Source of the DNA: Sminthopsis crassicaudata
Taxonomy: Eukaryota
Assembly (NCBI RefSeq): GCF_048593235.1
Contig: NC_133620.1
Span: forward strand, 452,939,261 to 453,003,260
Reading direction: 5' to 3'
DNA length: 64,000 bases
Shown here: one piece after another, positions 63,441 to 64,000 of the stretch
Numbering within the stretch: position 1 is the first letter of the stretch
How the letters are laid out: each line of letters opens with the position of its first letter
Translations under genes and position numbers: made by a program
Notes under the pieces: model-generated
Database searches by the model: none
Seen by the model: only the letters and a program-made list of their open reading frames with translations
Told to the model about the DNA's origin: nothing

Positions 63441-64000
63441 TAATGGATCTAGACAACAACCAGTTGCACTGGACTTTTCCTGGTCACAGTAATGGGTCCC
63501 CTACACAGGAAAAACACCGGTGGTTGTGGGTGAGATGGATCATAGAAAAATACAATTCAGTGTAAGCTTGAGTTGATGATTAGGCTAAATCCAAGTGTCT
63601 GCCTAAATAATCTGATTCAATAATCAGATTAATTATTTCTCAAAGAAATTCAGTCCCCTTTTTCTTGGCTTATAAAAGTATATAAGATCTCAGAGGTTGT
63701 CGTATCATAGATCTAGAATTGGAAAGACTTTAGAGTCCAATCTTCTTTTTTCACGGTTGAGGTAACTGGGGCAAATAAATTAAGTGACTTGCCCAAGGTC
63801 ACACAACTAGCCAATGCTTGAGGCAGGATTTAGTACTGATAAATAAGAGTTTAATTTAATATCCAGTTTAATCCTTTAATTTAATAATCCTGGAAATCGA
63901 TGCTATATTGTTATTGCCCTTTTATACTTTAAAAAACCAAGGAGTAATTTGTCCAAGATCACAAGCCAGTAGGTGTTGAAGGCAGGCTAGGAACCCAAAA

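Overview
Eukaryotic, not prokaryotic, DNA from a marsupial, most likely a dasyurid (young WSINE1 SINEs, MAR1 CORE-SINEs, RTE and marsupial L1 3' ends). The window is the middle of EFCAB5 (EF-hand calcium-binding domain 5) on the + strand. Ten GT-AG coding exons (15373-63402, 1721 nt) join with consistent phases into one stop-free frame matching the central part of the mammalian protein; both ends of the gene lie outside the window. The introns are mostly transposon-derived, and there is a 713-N assembly gap at 60030-60742. Main leads: (1) an intronic CpG island with a perfect CTCF core, strong strand skew and minus-strand splice donors, suggesting an antisense promoter; (2) a young, CpG-rich 554-bp Tc2/pogo-like MITE with TA target duplication, a horizontal-transfer candidate; (3) an inverted same-subfamily L1 pair bracketing six exons that sum to a stop-free multiple of 3 (candidate endless-ORF circRNA or in-frame skip); (4) a candidate in-frame 15-nt microexon; (5) an unexplained block depleted of stop codons on both strands. 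All coordinates were read by hand. Repeat family names and human comparisons are from recall and need database confirmation.
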